Positions 51,096 to 64,000 of a DNA stretch of 64,000 nt are shown here, in pieces. Position numbers and translations under genes: made by a program. The stretch is taken from the NCBI RefSeq assembly GCF_032444005.1, contig NC_091282.1, forward strand, positions 665,198,001 to 665,262,000, in the 5' to 3' direction. How positions within the stretch are numbered: the first letter of the stretch is position 1; each line of letters opens with the position of its first letter. The notes under the pieces were generated by a model, which did no database searches, was not told the DNA's origin, and was given only the letters and a program-made list of their open reading frames with translations. This DNA is from Ranitomeya imitator. Its lineage: Eukaryota.

Positions 51096-54000
51096 TATAT
51101 ACCAGGATGGGAGACATATATACCAGGAAGGGGGACATACTGTATATACCAGGATGGCAGACATACTGTATATACCAGGAAGGGAGACATATATACCAGG
51201 ATGGGAGACATACTGTATATACCAGGAAGGGGGACATATATACCAGGAAGGGGGATATATACCAGGATGGGAGACATATATACTAAGAAGGGGGACATAT
51301 ATACCAGGATGGGAGACATATACCAGGATGGGAGACATATATACTAAGAAGGGGGACATATATACCAGGATGGGAGACATATACCAGGATGGGAGACATA
51401 CTGTATATACCAGGAAGGGGGACATATATACCAGGATGGGAGACATATATACTAAGAAGGGGGACATATATACCAGGATGGGAGACATATACCAGGATGG
51501 GAGACATATACCAGGATGGGAGACATATATACTAAGAAGGGGGACATATATACCAGGATGGGATATATATACTAAGAAGGGGGACATATATACCAGGATG
51601 GGAGACATATATACCAGGAAGGGGGACATATATACCAGGATGGGAGACATACTGTATATACCAAGAAGGGAGACATATATACCAGGATGGGAGACATACT
51701 GTATATACCAGGAAGGGGGACATATATACCAGGAAGGGGGACATATATACCAGCAAGGGGGACATATATACCAGGAAGGGGGACATATATACCAGGATGG
51801 GAGACATACTGTATTTACCAGGAAGGGAGATATATACCATGATGGGAGACATACTGTATATACCAGGAAGGGGGACATATATACCAGGATGGGAGACATA
51901 TATACCAGGAAGGGGGACATATATACCAGGAAGGGGGACATATATACCAGGATGGGAGACATATATACCAGGATGTGAGACATACTGTATATACCAGGAA
52001 GGTTGACATATATACCAGGATGGGAGACATACTGTATATACCAGGAAAGGGGACATATATACCAGGAAGGGGACATGTATACCAGGATGGGAGACATATA
52101 TAATAAGAAGGGGGACATATATACCAGGATGGGAGATATATACTAAGAAGGGGGCACATATACCAGGATGGGAGACATATATACCAGGAAGGGGGACATA
52201 TATACCAGGAAGGGGGACATATATACCAGGATGGGAGACATATACAAGGATGTGAATCATATATACTAAGAAGGGGGACATATATACCAGGATAGGAGAT
52301 ATATACTAAGAAGGGGGACATATATACCAGGATGGGAGACATATATACCAGGAAGGGGGACATATATACCAGGAAGGGGGACATATATACCAGGATGGGA
52401 GACATACTGTATATACCAGGAAGGGAGACATATATACCAGGATGGGAGACATACTGTATATACCAGGAAGGGGGACATATATACCAGGATGGGAGACATA
52501 CATACTAAGAAGGGGGACATTTATACCAGGATGGGAGATATATACTAAGAAGGGGGACATATATACCAGGATGGGAGACATATATTCCAGAAAGGGGACA
52601 TATATACCAGGAAGGGGGACATATATACCAGGATGGAAGACATATATACCAGGAAGGGGGACATGTATACCAGGATGGGAGACATATACCAGGATGGGAA
52701 TCATATATACTAAGAAGGGGGACATATATACCAGGATGGGAGATATATACTAAGAAGGGGAACATATATACCAGGATGGGAGACATAGATACCAGGAAGG
52801 GGGACATATATACCAGGAAGGGGGACATATATACCAGGATGGGAGACATACTGTATATACCAGGAAGGGAGATATATACCATGATGGGAGACATATTGTA
52901 TATACCAGGAAGGGAGACATATATACCAGGATGGGAGACATACTGTATATACTAGGAAGGGGGACATATATACCAGGAAGGGGGACATATATACCAGGAT
53001 GGGAGACATACATACTAAGAAGGGGGACATTTATACCAGGATGGGAGATATATACTAAGAAGGGGGACATATATACCAGGATGGGAGACATATATTCCAG
53101 AAAGGGGACATATATACCAGGAAGGGGGACATATATACCAGGATGGAAGACATATATACCAGGAAGGGGGACATGTATACCAGGATGGGAGACATATACC
53201 AGGATGGGAATCATATATACTAAGAAGGGGGACATATATACCAGGATGGGAGATATATACTAAGAAGGGGAACATATATACCAGGATGGGAGACATAGAT
53301 ACCAGGAAGGGGGACATATATACCAGGAAGGGGGACATATATACCAGGATGGGAGACATACTGTATATACCAGGAAGGGAGATATATACCATGATGGGAG
53401 ACATACTGTATATACCAGGAAGGGGGACATATATACCAGGATGGGAGACATATATACCAGGAAGGGGGACATATATACCAGGAAGGGGGACATATATACC
53501 AGGATGGGAGACATATATACCAGGATGTGAGACATACTGTATATACCAGGAAGGTTGACATATATACCAGGATGGGAGACATACTGTATATACCAGGAAG
53601 GGGGACATATATACCAGGAAGGGGACATATAGACCAGGATGGGAGACATATATAATAAGAAGGGGGACATATATACCAGGATGGGCGATATATACTAAGA
53701 AGGGGGCATATATACCAGGATGGGAGACATATATACCAGGAAGGGGGGACATATATACCAGGAAGGGGGACATATATACCAGGATGGGAGACATATACCA
53801 GGATGGGAATCATATATACTAAGAAGGGGGACATATATGCCAGGATAGGAGATATATACTAAGAAGGGGGACATATATACCAGGATGGGAGACATATATA
53901 CCAGGAAGGGGGACGTATATACCAGGATGGGAGACATACTGTATATACCAGGATGGGAGACATATACCAGGATGGGAATCATATATACTAAGAAGGGGGA

Positions 54001-56165
54001 CATATATACCAGGATGGGAGATATATACTAAGAAGGGGGACATATATACCAGGATGGGAGACATATATACCAGGAAGGGGGACATATATACCAGGATGGG
54101 AGACATACTGTATATACCAAGAAGGGAGACATATATACCAGGATGGGAGACATACTGTATATACCAGGAAGGGGGACATATATACCAGGAAGGGGGACAT
54201 ATATACCAGCAAGGGGGACATATATACCAGGAAGGGGGACATATATACCAGGATGGGAGACATACTGTATTTACCAGGAAGGGAGATATATACCATGATG
54301 GGAGACATACTGCATATACCAGGAAGGGGGACATATATACCAGGATGGGAGACATATATACCAGGAAGGGGGACATATATACCAGGAAGGGGGACATATA
54401 TACCAGGATGGGAGACATATATACCAGGATGTGAGACATACTGTATATACCAGGAAGGTTGACATATATACCAGGATGGGAGACATACTGTATATACCAG
54501 GAAGGGGGACATATATACCAGGAAGGGGACATATATACCAGGATGGGAGACATATATAATAAGAAGGGGGACATATATACCAGGATGGGAGATATATACT
54601 AAGAAGGGGGCACATATACCAGGATGGGAGACATATATACCAGGAAGGGGGACATATATACCAGGAAGGGGGACATATATACCAGGATGGGAGACATATA
54701 CAAGGATGTGAATCATATATACTAAGAAGGGGGACATATATACCAGGATAGGAGATATATACTAAGAAGGGGGACATATATACCAGGATGGGAGACATAT
54801 ATACCAGGAAGGGGGACATATATACCAGGAAGGGGGACATATATACCAGGATGGGAGACATACTGTATATACCAGGAAGGGAGACATATATACCAGGATA
54901 GGAGACATACTGTATATACCAGGAAGGGGGACATATATACCAGGAAGGGGGACATATATACCAGGATGGGAGACATACATACTAAGAAGGGGGACATTTA
55001 TACCAGGATGGGAGATATATACTAAGAAGGGGGACATATATACCAGGATGGGAGACATATATTCCAGAAAGGGGACATATATACCAGGAAGGGGGACATA
55101 TATACCAGGATGGAAGACATATATACCAGGAAGGGGGACATGTATACCAGGATGGGAGACATATACCAGGATGGGAATCATATATACTAAGAAGGGGGAC
55201 ATATATACCAGGATGGGAGACATAGATACCAGGAAGGGGGACATATATACCAGGAAGGGGGACATATATACCAGGATGGGAGACATACTGTATATACCAG
55301 GAAGGGAGATATATACCATGATGGGAGACATACTGTATATACCAGGAAGGGGGACATATATACCAGGATGGGAGACATATATACCAGGAAGGGGGACATA
55401 TATACCAGGAAGGGGGACATATATACCAGGATGGGAGACATATATACCAGGATGTGAGACATACTGTATATACCAGGAAGGTTGACATATATACCAGGAT
55501 GGGAGACATACTGTATATACCAGGAAGGGGGACATATATACCAGGAAGGGGACATATAGACCAGGATGGGAGACATATATAATAAGAAGGGGGACATATA
55601 TACCAGGATGGGCGATATATACTAAGAAGGGGGCATATATACCAGGATGGGAGACATATATACCAGGAAGGGGGACATATATACCAGGAAGGGGGACATA
55701 TATACCAGGATGGGAGACATATACCAGGATGGGAATCATATATACTAAGAAGGGGGACATATATACCAGGATAGGAGATATATACTAAGAAGGGGGACAT
55801 ATATACCAGGATGGGAGACATATATACCAGGAAGGGGGACGTATATACCAGGATGGGAGACATACTGTATATACCAGGAAGGGAGACATATATACCAGGA
55901 TGGGAGACATACTGTATATACCAGGAAGGGGGACATATATACCAGGAAGGGGGACATATATACCAGGAAGGGGGACATATATACCAGGATGGGAGACATA
56001 CATACTAAGAAGGGGGACATTTATACCAGGATGGGAGATATATACTAAGAAGGGGGACATATATACCAGGATGGGAGACATATATACCAGAAAGGGGACA
56101 TATATACCAGGAAGGGGGACATATATACCAGGATGGGAATCATATATACTAAGAAGGGGGACATA

Positions 56166-57817
56166 CAGTTAGGGCCAGAAATATTTGGACAATGACACAA
56201 TTTTCGCGAGTTGGGCTCTGCATGCCACCACATTGGATTTGAAATGAAACCTCTACAACAAAATTCAAGTGCAGATTGTAACGTTTAATTTGAAGGGTTG
56301 AACAAAAATATCTGATAGAAAATGTAGGAATTGTACACATTTCTTTACAAACACTCCACATTTTAGGAGGTCAAAAGTAATTGGACAAATAAACATAACC
56401 CAAACAAAATATTTTTATTTTCAATATTTTGTTGCAAATCCTTTGGAAGCAATCACTGCCTTAAGTCTGGAACCCATGGACATCACCAAACGCTGGGTTT
56501 CCTCCTTCTTAATGCTTTGCCAGGCCTTTACAGCCGCAGCCTTCAGGTCTTGCTTGTTTGTGGGTCTTTCCGTCTTAAGTCTGGATTTGAGCAAGTGAAA
56601 TGCATGCTCAATTGGGTTTAGATCTGGAGATTGACTTGGCCATTGCAGAATGTTCCACTTTTTGGCACTCATGAACTCCTGGGTAGCTTTGGCTGTATGC
56701 TTGGGGTCATTGTCCATCTGTACTATGAAGCGCCGTCCAATCAACTTTGCAGCATTTGGCTGAATCTGGGCTGAAAGTATATCCCGGTACACTTCAGAAT
56801 TCATCCGGCTACTCTTGTCTGCTCTTATGTCATCAATAAACACAAGTGACCCAGTGCCATTGAAAGCCATGCATGCCCATGCCATCACGTTGCCTCCACC
56901 ATGTTTTACAGAGGATGTGGTGTGCCTTGGATCATGTGCCGTTCCCTTTCTTCTCCAAACTTTTTTCTTCCCATCATTCTGGTACAGGTTGATCTTTGTC
57001 TCATCTGTCCATAGAATACTTTTCCAGAACTGAGCTGGCTTCTTGAGGTGTTTTTCTGCAAATTTAACTCTGGCCTGTCTATTTTTGGTATTGATGAATG
57101 GTTTGCATCTAGATGTGAACCCTTTGTATTTACTGTCATGGAGTCTTCTCTTTACTGTTGACTTAGAGACAGATACACCTACTTCACTGAGAGTGTTCTG
57201 GACTTCAGTTGATGTTGTGAACGGGTTCTTCTTCACCAAATTAAGTATGCGGCGATCATCCACCACTGTTGTCATCCGTGGACGCCCAGGCCTTTTTGAG
57301 TTCCCAAGCTCACCAGTCAATTCCTTTTTTCTCAGAATGTACCCAACTGTTGATTTTGCTACTCCAAGCATGTCTGCTATCTCTCTGATGGATTTTTTCT
57401 TTTTTTTCAGCCTCAGGATGTTCTGCTTCACCTCAATTGAGAGTTCCTTTGACCGCATGTTGTCTGCTCACAGCAACAGCTTCCAAATGCAAAACCACAC
57501 ACCTGGAATCCACCCCTGACCTTTTAACTACTTCATTGATTACAGGTTAACGAGGGAGACGCCTTCAGAGTTAATTGCAGCCCTTAGAGTCCATTGTCCA
57601 ATTACTTTTGGTCCCTTGAAAAAGAGGACGCTATGCATTACAGAGCTATGATTCCTAAACCCTTTCTCCGATTTGGATGTGGAAACTATCATATTGCAGC
57701 TGGGAGTGTGCACTTTCAGCCCATATTATATATATAATTGTATTTCTGAACATGTTTTTGTAAACAACTAAAATAACAAAACTTGTGTCACTGTCCAAAT
57801 ATTTCTGGCCCTAACTG
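56166..57817 (-). mobile_element. Full-length Tc1 transposon (family A) inserted in the minisatellite
   Basis: Same TIRs and 1652-bp length as 29258-30909; TA TSD. Confidence 0.95.
56421..57458 (-). CDS. Intact Tc1 DD34E transposase (345 aa)
   Basis: Differs from the 29617-30654 protein at three residues that I could see (Y/N, S/A, F/L). Confidence 0.95.
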   Translation of the reverse strand: MRSKELSIEVKQNILRLKKKKKSIREIADMLGVAKSTVGYILRKKELTGELGNSKRPGRPRMTTVVDDRRILNLVKKNPFTTSTEVQNTLSEVGVSVSKSTVKRRLHDSKYKGFTSRCKPFINTKNRQARVKFAEKHLKKPAQFWKSILWTDETKINLYQNDGKKKVWRRKGTAHDPRHTTSSVKHGGGNVMAWACMAFNGTGSLVFIDDIRADKSSRMNSEVYRDILSAQIQPNAAKLIGRRFIVQMDNDPKHTAKATQEFMSAKKWNILQWPSQSPDLNPIEHAFHLLKSRLKTERPTNKQDLKAAAVKAWQSIKKEETQRLVMSMGSRLKAVIASKGFATKY

Positions 57818-58591
57818 TATATACCAGGATGGGAGATATATACTAAGAAGGGGGACATATATACCAGGATGGGAGACATATATACCAGGAAGGGGGACAT
57901 ATATACTAGGATGGGAGACATACTGTATATACCAGGAAGGGAGATATATATACCATGATGGGAGACATACTGTATATACCAGGAAGGGGGACATATATAC
58001 CAGAATGGGAGACATATATACCAGGAAGGGGGACATATATACCAGGAAGGGGGACATATATACCAGGATGGGAGACATACTGTATATACCAGGAAGGGAG
58101 ATATATATACCAGGATGGGAGACATACTGTATATACCAGGAAGGGGGACATATATACCAGGAAGGGGGACATATATACCAGGAAGGGGGACATATATACC
58201 AGGATGGGAGACATACATACTAAGAAGGGGAACATTTATACCAGGATGGGAGATATATACTAAGAAGGGGGACATATATACCAGGATGGGAGACATATAT
58301 ACCAGAAAGGGGGACATATATACCAGGAAGGGGGACATATATACCAGGATGGGAGACATATATACCAGGAATGGGGACATATATACAAGAAAGGGGGACA
58401 TATATACCAGGATGGGAAACATACTGTATATTTCCAGGAAGGGGGACATATATACCAGGATGGGAGACATATATACCAGGAATGGGGACATATATACAAG
58501 AAAGGGGGACATATATACCAGGATGGGAAACATACTGTATATTTCCAGGAAGGGGGACATATATACCAGGATGGTATACCAGGATGGGAGA

Positions 58592-59620
58592 CAGAGGGCG
58601 CTGTCATTCCGGACTCACCTGCATAGGAGCAATCCAAGCTCCCATCACCATAAAGCCCTGATACATGTAGGTGAAACAGAAAAACCAGAACCCTCGGAAC
58701 AACCCAGCCAAACCCAACCGGACCAGAACACCAATCACAACAACCTGACAAAAGCCGGAATTAGGAAGATGGCAGACGAAGGCCAGGAGAGGTATGTCAG
58801 TGACTGGAAGAATGATATCATCAGCTCACAGAAACTGACCATGTACCGGAGCCTACAGAGAGACTACAGACTGGCCCCATATCTGGAGAAACTCCCGGAC
58901 CCCAGAGATCGCAAGATCCTGAGCCGATATAGACTCAGTGCCCACAGTCTGGCCATCGAATGTGGCCGACACAGGCAGAGCTACAAGCCCAGGGAGGAAA
59001 GACTGTGCCAACACTGTGACCAGGAGGCCATAGAGGACGAAACCCACTTCCTGCTACACTGCTCCAAATACTCAGCAGTGAGGGACACTCACTTCAGGAG
59101 ACTCTCACATCTCTTCCCAGACTTCATCACCATGAAGGAGGAAGAGAAAACATATATCCTGCTGGGAGTAGAAGAGAGAGCAGTGGAGATAGCAGCGCGG
59201 TATGTGAGCGAATGTCATAGACTGCGAGAAAGAGAACTATGATGCCATGGACTATAGCCCCCACAATGGATCTGCCCCATCCACCTCCCCTATGCCATGG
59301 ACTATAGCCCCCACAATGGATCTGCCCCCATCCACCTCCCCTATTCCATGGACTATAGCCCCCACCCTGGATCTGCCCCATTCACCTGCCCTATGCCATG
59401 GACTATAACCCCCACAATGGATCTGCCCCATCCACCTCCCCTATGCCATGGACTATAGCCCCCACCCTGGATCTGCCCCCATCCACCTCCCCTATGCCAT
59501 GGACTATAGCCCCCACAATGGATCTGCCCCCATCCACCTTCCCTACAGCTCCTACCCTACATCCCCACAGTCCCTATCCCTATTGCCTTTATACACTTGC
59601 TTTGGCAAAAAAAATAAATA
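58592..59620 (+). mobile_element. 5'-truncated LINE of the L2 group (Crack-like): ORF2 C-terminus and 3' UTR
   Basis: RYRLSAHSLAIECGR..PREERLCQHC....EDETHFLLHCSKY CCHC motif, stop at 59242, TTGCTTTGGC and an A-rich end. Confidence 0.82.
59242..59545 (+). repeat. ~50-bp tandem repeat (about 6 copies) in the LINE 3' UTR
   Basis: ATGCCATGGACTATAGCCCCCACAATGGATCTGCCCCATCCACCTCCCCT units. Confidence 0.9.
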
Positions 59621-59701
59621 CTTAGAAGGTGGACATATATACCAGGAAGGGGCCCAAGATTCCAAAAAGGGGGATATATATACCAGGATGGGAGACATAT
59701 A

Positions 59702-61250
59702 CAATGGGGAATCAAATGTAAGTATTTGATACACTGCTGATTTTGCAAGTTTTGACACCTAGAAAGAATGGAGAGGTCTGCAATTTCTATCGTAGGTACA
59801 TTTCACCTGTGAGAAACAGAATCTAAAAATAAGAATCAGAAAACCACATTATATCATTTTTAAATACTTATATTGCATTTTATTGCATGAAATAAGTATT
59901 TGATCACCTACCAACCAGCAAGAATTCTGTCTCTCACAGACCTGTTTGTTTTTATTTCAGAAGCCTCCTACTCTGCACTCATTACCTGTATTAATTGCAC
60001 CTGTTTGAACTTGTTACTTGTAGAAAAAGACACCTGTCCACACACTCAATCACACTCCAACCTCTCCACCATGCCCAACACCAAAGCGCTGCCTAAAGAC
60101 ACTAAGGACAAAATTGTAGACCATAGGCAAGCAGCTTGGTGAGAAGGCAACAACAATTATTAGAAAATGAAAGAAACACAAGATGACTGTCAATCTTCCT
60201 TGGTTTGGGGCTCCATACAAGATCTCGCCTTGTGGGGTAAGGATGATTCTGAGAAAGGTCAGGAATCAGTCCAGAACTACATGAGAGGATCTGGTCAATG
60301 ACCTGAAGAAAGCTGGGACCACATTCTCAAACATTACTGTTAGTAACACACTACGCCGACATAGTTACAATCCTGCAAGGCACACAAGGCCCCCCTGCTC
60401 ACGCCAGCATATGTCCAGGCCTGTTTAAAGTTCATAAGTGACCATCTGGATGATCCAAAGGGGGCATGAGAGAAGGTCATGTGGTCAAATGAGACCAAAA
60501 TAGAACTTTTTGGTATTAACTCCAATCGCCGTGTTTGGAGGAAGAAGAAGGAGGAGTACAAACCCAGGAACACCGTCAGTACCGTGAAGCATGGTGGGGA
60601 AACATCATATTTTGGGGGTGCTTTTCAGCAAGGGGGACAGGACGACTGCACCATATTGAAGGGATGGATGGGGTCATGTATCAGGAGATTTGGCCAACAA
60701 TCTCCTTCCTTCAGTAAGAGCAGTGAAGATGGGCTATGACTGGGTCTTCCAGCATGACAATGACCTGAAACCCACAGCCAGGGCAACTAAGGAGTGGCTC
60801 CGTAAGAAGCATTTCATGGTCCCGGAGTGACCTAGCCAGTCTCCAGATCTGAACCCAAAAGAGTGGGAGCTGAAACTCAATGTTGCTTAGCGACAGCCCA
60901 GAAACCTGAAAGATCAGAAGATTTGTATGGAGGAGTGGGCCAAAATCCCTGATCCAGTGTGTGCAAACTTGGTCAAGAACTACAGGAAATGTCTGACCTC
61001 TGTAATTGCAAATAAAGATTTCTGTACCAAATATTAAGTTCTGTTCTATTGTATCAAATATTTATTTCATGCAATAAAATGCAAATTAATTATGTAATAA
61101 TCATACAATGTGATTTAGTTTTTTTTATTTTTAGATTCTGTCTCTCACAGGTGAGGTGCACCTACGATTAAAATTACAGACCTCTCCATTCTTTGTAGGT
61201 GGGAAAAATTGCAAAATCAGCAGTGTATCAAATACTTATTGACCCCATTG
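59702..61250 (+). mobile_element. Degraded Tc1 transposon (relative of family B)
   Basis: TIR CAATGGGG...AAGTATTTGATACACTGCTGATTTTGC, TA TSD; MPNTKALPKD start, WSNETK and QHDND remnants with stops. Confidence 0.88.
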
Positions 61251-62614
61251 TACATACCTGGAAGGGGCCCAGGATGCGAGACATTACTACATAATGAATG
61301 GGGTGGGGGTGAACACGTATGTTTTGATTTAGAATGCTACAAGGACCCATACATCAGAGCAACATGCACCATTGGACTCTAGCTACACCACTGATTGTTG
61401 CACATGGTGCCTGAGGGCAACAGCATTATAAATGGCACATGATGGATGACCTATTGCTGATTTTGCAGGAGCTTCAAGCGGGATTCTCATAGTCAGTAAA
61501 ATGATGGTCTACGAATGCAGCACATTATAAAAATGATTGTTCGCTTGCAACCTAATGAAATGTGTAGACATACCGCATCTGTTTTGCATCCTGTACAACA
61601 TAGTCATTAAGTATTTGCTTATAAAGCTATTCAAGCCTTGCCAACAGGAATTCCATGGTGTAGCCACGTTGCAGATCAGAAGATATTGGTAAACAACTGA
61701 CCTAAATACATACTCATGAGAAGCAATACCCTTAAGCTGTGGTCTCTGACGTGTGGTCCTCCAGCTGTTGCAAATCTACAATTTCCATTGAGCCAGGAAA
61801 ATCTGCCACAGGTCAGAGACCACTGCCATTAACGGTCTAGACAGTTCTAAGTCAAATTGTGCCTTACAAGGGTTGTCCAGAACAATCCACTTCAAGGTGT
61901 TTTTAATTGCCGATCTGGATCCGATCCCAATCTTGTCATTCTTCACATGACCACTCCCTTAAGTAAATCTTATGCTTGGTGAGACATCCAAAGTGTTGCC
62001 TTCTCTTTGGGCTTTGTACTAGAGGTGACAAACCAGCTGATGGAAGAGGCAGATCTTCATGGGAAGTGTAGTCCATGGCACAGGAGGAAATAAACAGTTG
62101 CACGGCAGTGACAGCAAGAGGCTTAGTAAGAAGGCTGCAGAAAGGAAAGCAAAACACTTTGGAGGGATTTATGGCTGAACATGTACCATACATAGGTGAT
62201 GTAGTCTGTACTATATACAGCCAGCATCTGCCTTAAACAGCAGCAATTAGAGATAGCTCCAGTCACTGCTCTTTAAAGAGTACCTACATTTTAACATTTG
62301 TTTTAGAATTTTGTCCAGCATAGAAAGCTATGAAAGTGCAAGTCACTTGATTATGGAATTTATCTTATTTATGGAAAAAATTGCATGTGCATGGAAGTGG
62401 TTTCCAAACCCTGGCCTTTCCCCAGTCTATGTCCCTGCCTTTAGTTGCATTCATATCAGAATATGCTGGTTTGGAGTACAGATAATGGCAGTGAGGGATC
62501 AGCCCCTGTGTCTCATGAGCTCTGGGGGTACTCTGCTGCAGGAGATTACTCTGATAAGCACAACACTCAGAGGTTCTGACCCGTCAATGCCATTATCTGC
62601 AGCTCTGCAAGCAG

Positions 62615-63310
62615 TCTAATGCCCCCAACATAGCCCTTCACATATTATAATGGCCCCCCACATAGCCCTACACGCAGTATAATGGCCCCCCACATATTTC
62701 TCCACAAAGTTTAATGGCCCCCCCACATAGCCCGCCACACAGTATAATGGCCCCCACATATTCCTCCACACAGTAAAATGGCACCCCACATAGCCTTCCA
62801 AGCAGTATAATGGCCCCCACATAGGACTGCACACGGTATACTAGCCCATGCATAGCCTTCCAAACAGTATAATGGCCGCTATGTAGCCCTCCAAATAGTA
62901 TAATTGTTGGTCACATACCCCTCCAGAGTATAATGGCCCCCACACAGTCATCCAAACAGTATAATGTCCCCCCAAAACAGCCCTCCAAACAGTATTCTGT
63001 CCTCCACACACAGCCCTCCAAGCAGTTTAACGTCCCCCACACGCAGCTCTCTAAACAATAGTGTACCCCACACACAGCACTCCAAACAGTATAATGTCCC
63101 ACACACACAGCCCTTCAAACAGGATAACATCCCCCACAGACAGCCATCCAAACAGTATAATATCCCCCACACACTGTCCTCCAAACAGTATAATGTCCCT
63201 CACACAAAGCCCTCCAAACACTATATTGTCCCCCATAGACAGCCCTCCAAAAGTATAATGCCCCCACACACAGCCCTCCAAACAGTATAATGGCTCTTAG
63301 ACAGCATAAT
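62615..63310. repeat. Degenerate ~30-bp minisatellite in a hAT-like remnant
   Basis: CAGTATAATGGCCCCCACATAGCCCTCCAAA-type units, then the same A-rich TACTCACCTC block as at 33.5 kb; possible TIR GGTATGCCACT near 63681. Confidence 0.75.
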
Positions 63311-63726
63311 CACCCCAATGAGTACAATATACTCATTGATTAAAAAAAATTACTAAATAAAAAAGAATACTACTCACCTCTCCACATTCCACCACTGCTC
63401 TGGTCTCTGCAATGTGTGGTCTGAAGCTCTGCACAGTGGGCATAATGGAGTGATGCCCACTGTGTTCACACGTCAGAGCTTAGATGCACAGTTAGAATGA
63501 TGGCATAGGGAACTGACGTCTCCCTGTTTCATCATTAGTTTCAATTATATCTGCATACAAAATGCAGACACAGTTGAAAATGCGATGTTGGTGGGGGGCC
63601 TGGTGCCAGGACCAGGTCCCTCTGCTGACTGGCGGGCACCGTAGAGTTCGCATGGTCTCCTTCTATTAGCGGTATGCCACTTTCTCAGCCACTACATAAT
63701 TCTGTACTCAGATTTCGTAGCAAGAT

Positions 63727-63981
63727 GGCAGCACGGTGGTTCAGTGGTTAGCACTGCAGCCTTGAAGCGCTTGAGTCCTGGTTTCAAATCCCACCAAGGA
63801 CAACATCTGTAAGGAGTTTGTATGTTCTCCCCCGGGTACTCCGGTTTCCTCCCACATTCCATAGACATACTGATAGGAAATGTAGATTGTGAGCCCCATC
63901 GGGGACAGCGATTAATGTGTGCAAACTGTAAAGTTTTGAGGAATATGTTAGTGCTATATAAAAATAAAGATTATTATTATT
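63727..63981 (+). mobile_element. Near full-length tRNA-derived V-SINE
   Basis: A-box TGGTTCAGTGG, B-box GTTTCAAATC, V-domain with a small deletion, (TTA)n tail. Confidence 0.88.
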
Positions 63982-64000
63982 AAAACCTGCTGACAGATTC

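Larger units (their letters stand above)
46843..59700. repeat. Interrupted ~21-bp minisatellite array
   Basis: Units ATATATACCAGGATGGGAGAC, ATATATACCAGGAAGGGGGAC and ATATATACTAAGAAGGGGGAC plus length variants; main blocks 48513-50340, 51096-56165 and 57818-58590. Confidence 0.97.
46467..61393. mobile_element. hAT-like non-autonomous element expanded to ~14.9 kb
   Basis: TIR CAGAGGCGTAAC / GCTACACCACTG; 8-bp flanks ATAGTTGC (46459-46466) and ATTGTTGC (61394-61401); minisatellite-like units continue to just inside both ends. Confidence 0.72.

Noticed and set aside
48489-58560. Dozens of long ORFs (MSPILVY.., MGDIYTR.. types)
   Set aside because: They are translations of the 21-bp minisatellite, open in several frames on both strands, with no sign of a real gene.
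48513-58590. CRISPR-like regular repeat pattern
   Set aside because: No unique spacers and no cas genes; the context is eukaryotic.
58115-59242. 375-aa ORF as a novel repeat-zinc-knuckle fusion protein
   Set aside because: Chance in-frame read-through from the minisatellite into a truncated LINE ORF2.

Overview
Eukaryotic, vertebrate-type DNA, most likely from a frog (inferred only from the repeat repertoire: V-SINE, L2, Tc1, Harbinger, hAT and piggyBac non-autonomous elements, Neptune-type Penelope). Almost everything recognisable is transposon-derived, and no host gene can be called confidently. Main structures: (1) a Penelope-like retroelement present as a head-to-head inverted dimer (10088-21278). 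It has 2656-bp arms, one 16-18 bp direct repeat flanking the whole unit, a rearranged centre, and a variant minimal hammerhead ribozyme in each 3' UTR; a 5.5-kb piggyBac-like element sits at a TTAA in the left arm only. (2) A hAT-like element with an 8-bp TSD, expanded to about 15 kb (46467-61393) by a ~21-bp minisatellite into which four TA-targeting Tc1/mariner elements and a Crack/L2-group LINE fragment have inserted. (3) Three intact DD34E Tc1 transposase ORFs and four decayed Tc1 copies. (4) Four copies of a second short hammerhead-bearing repeat. (5) Solo LTRs, a Gypsy gag remnant, SINEs and many MITEs. There is one N gap (16940-17117). All comparisons were made by eye; no database searches were run.
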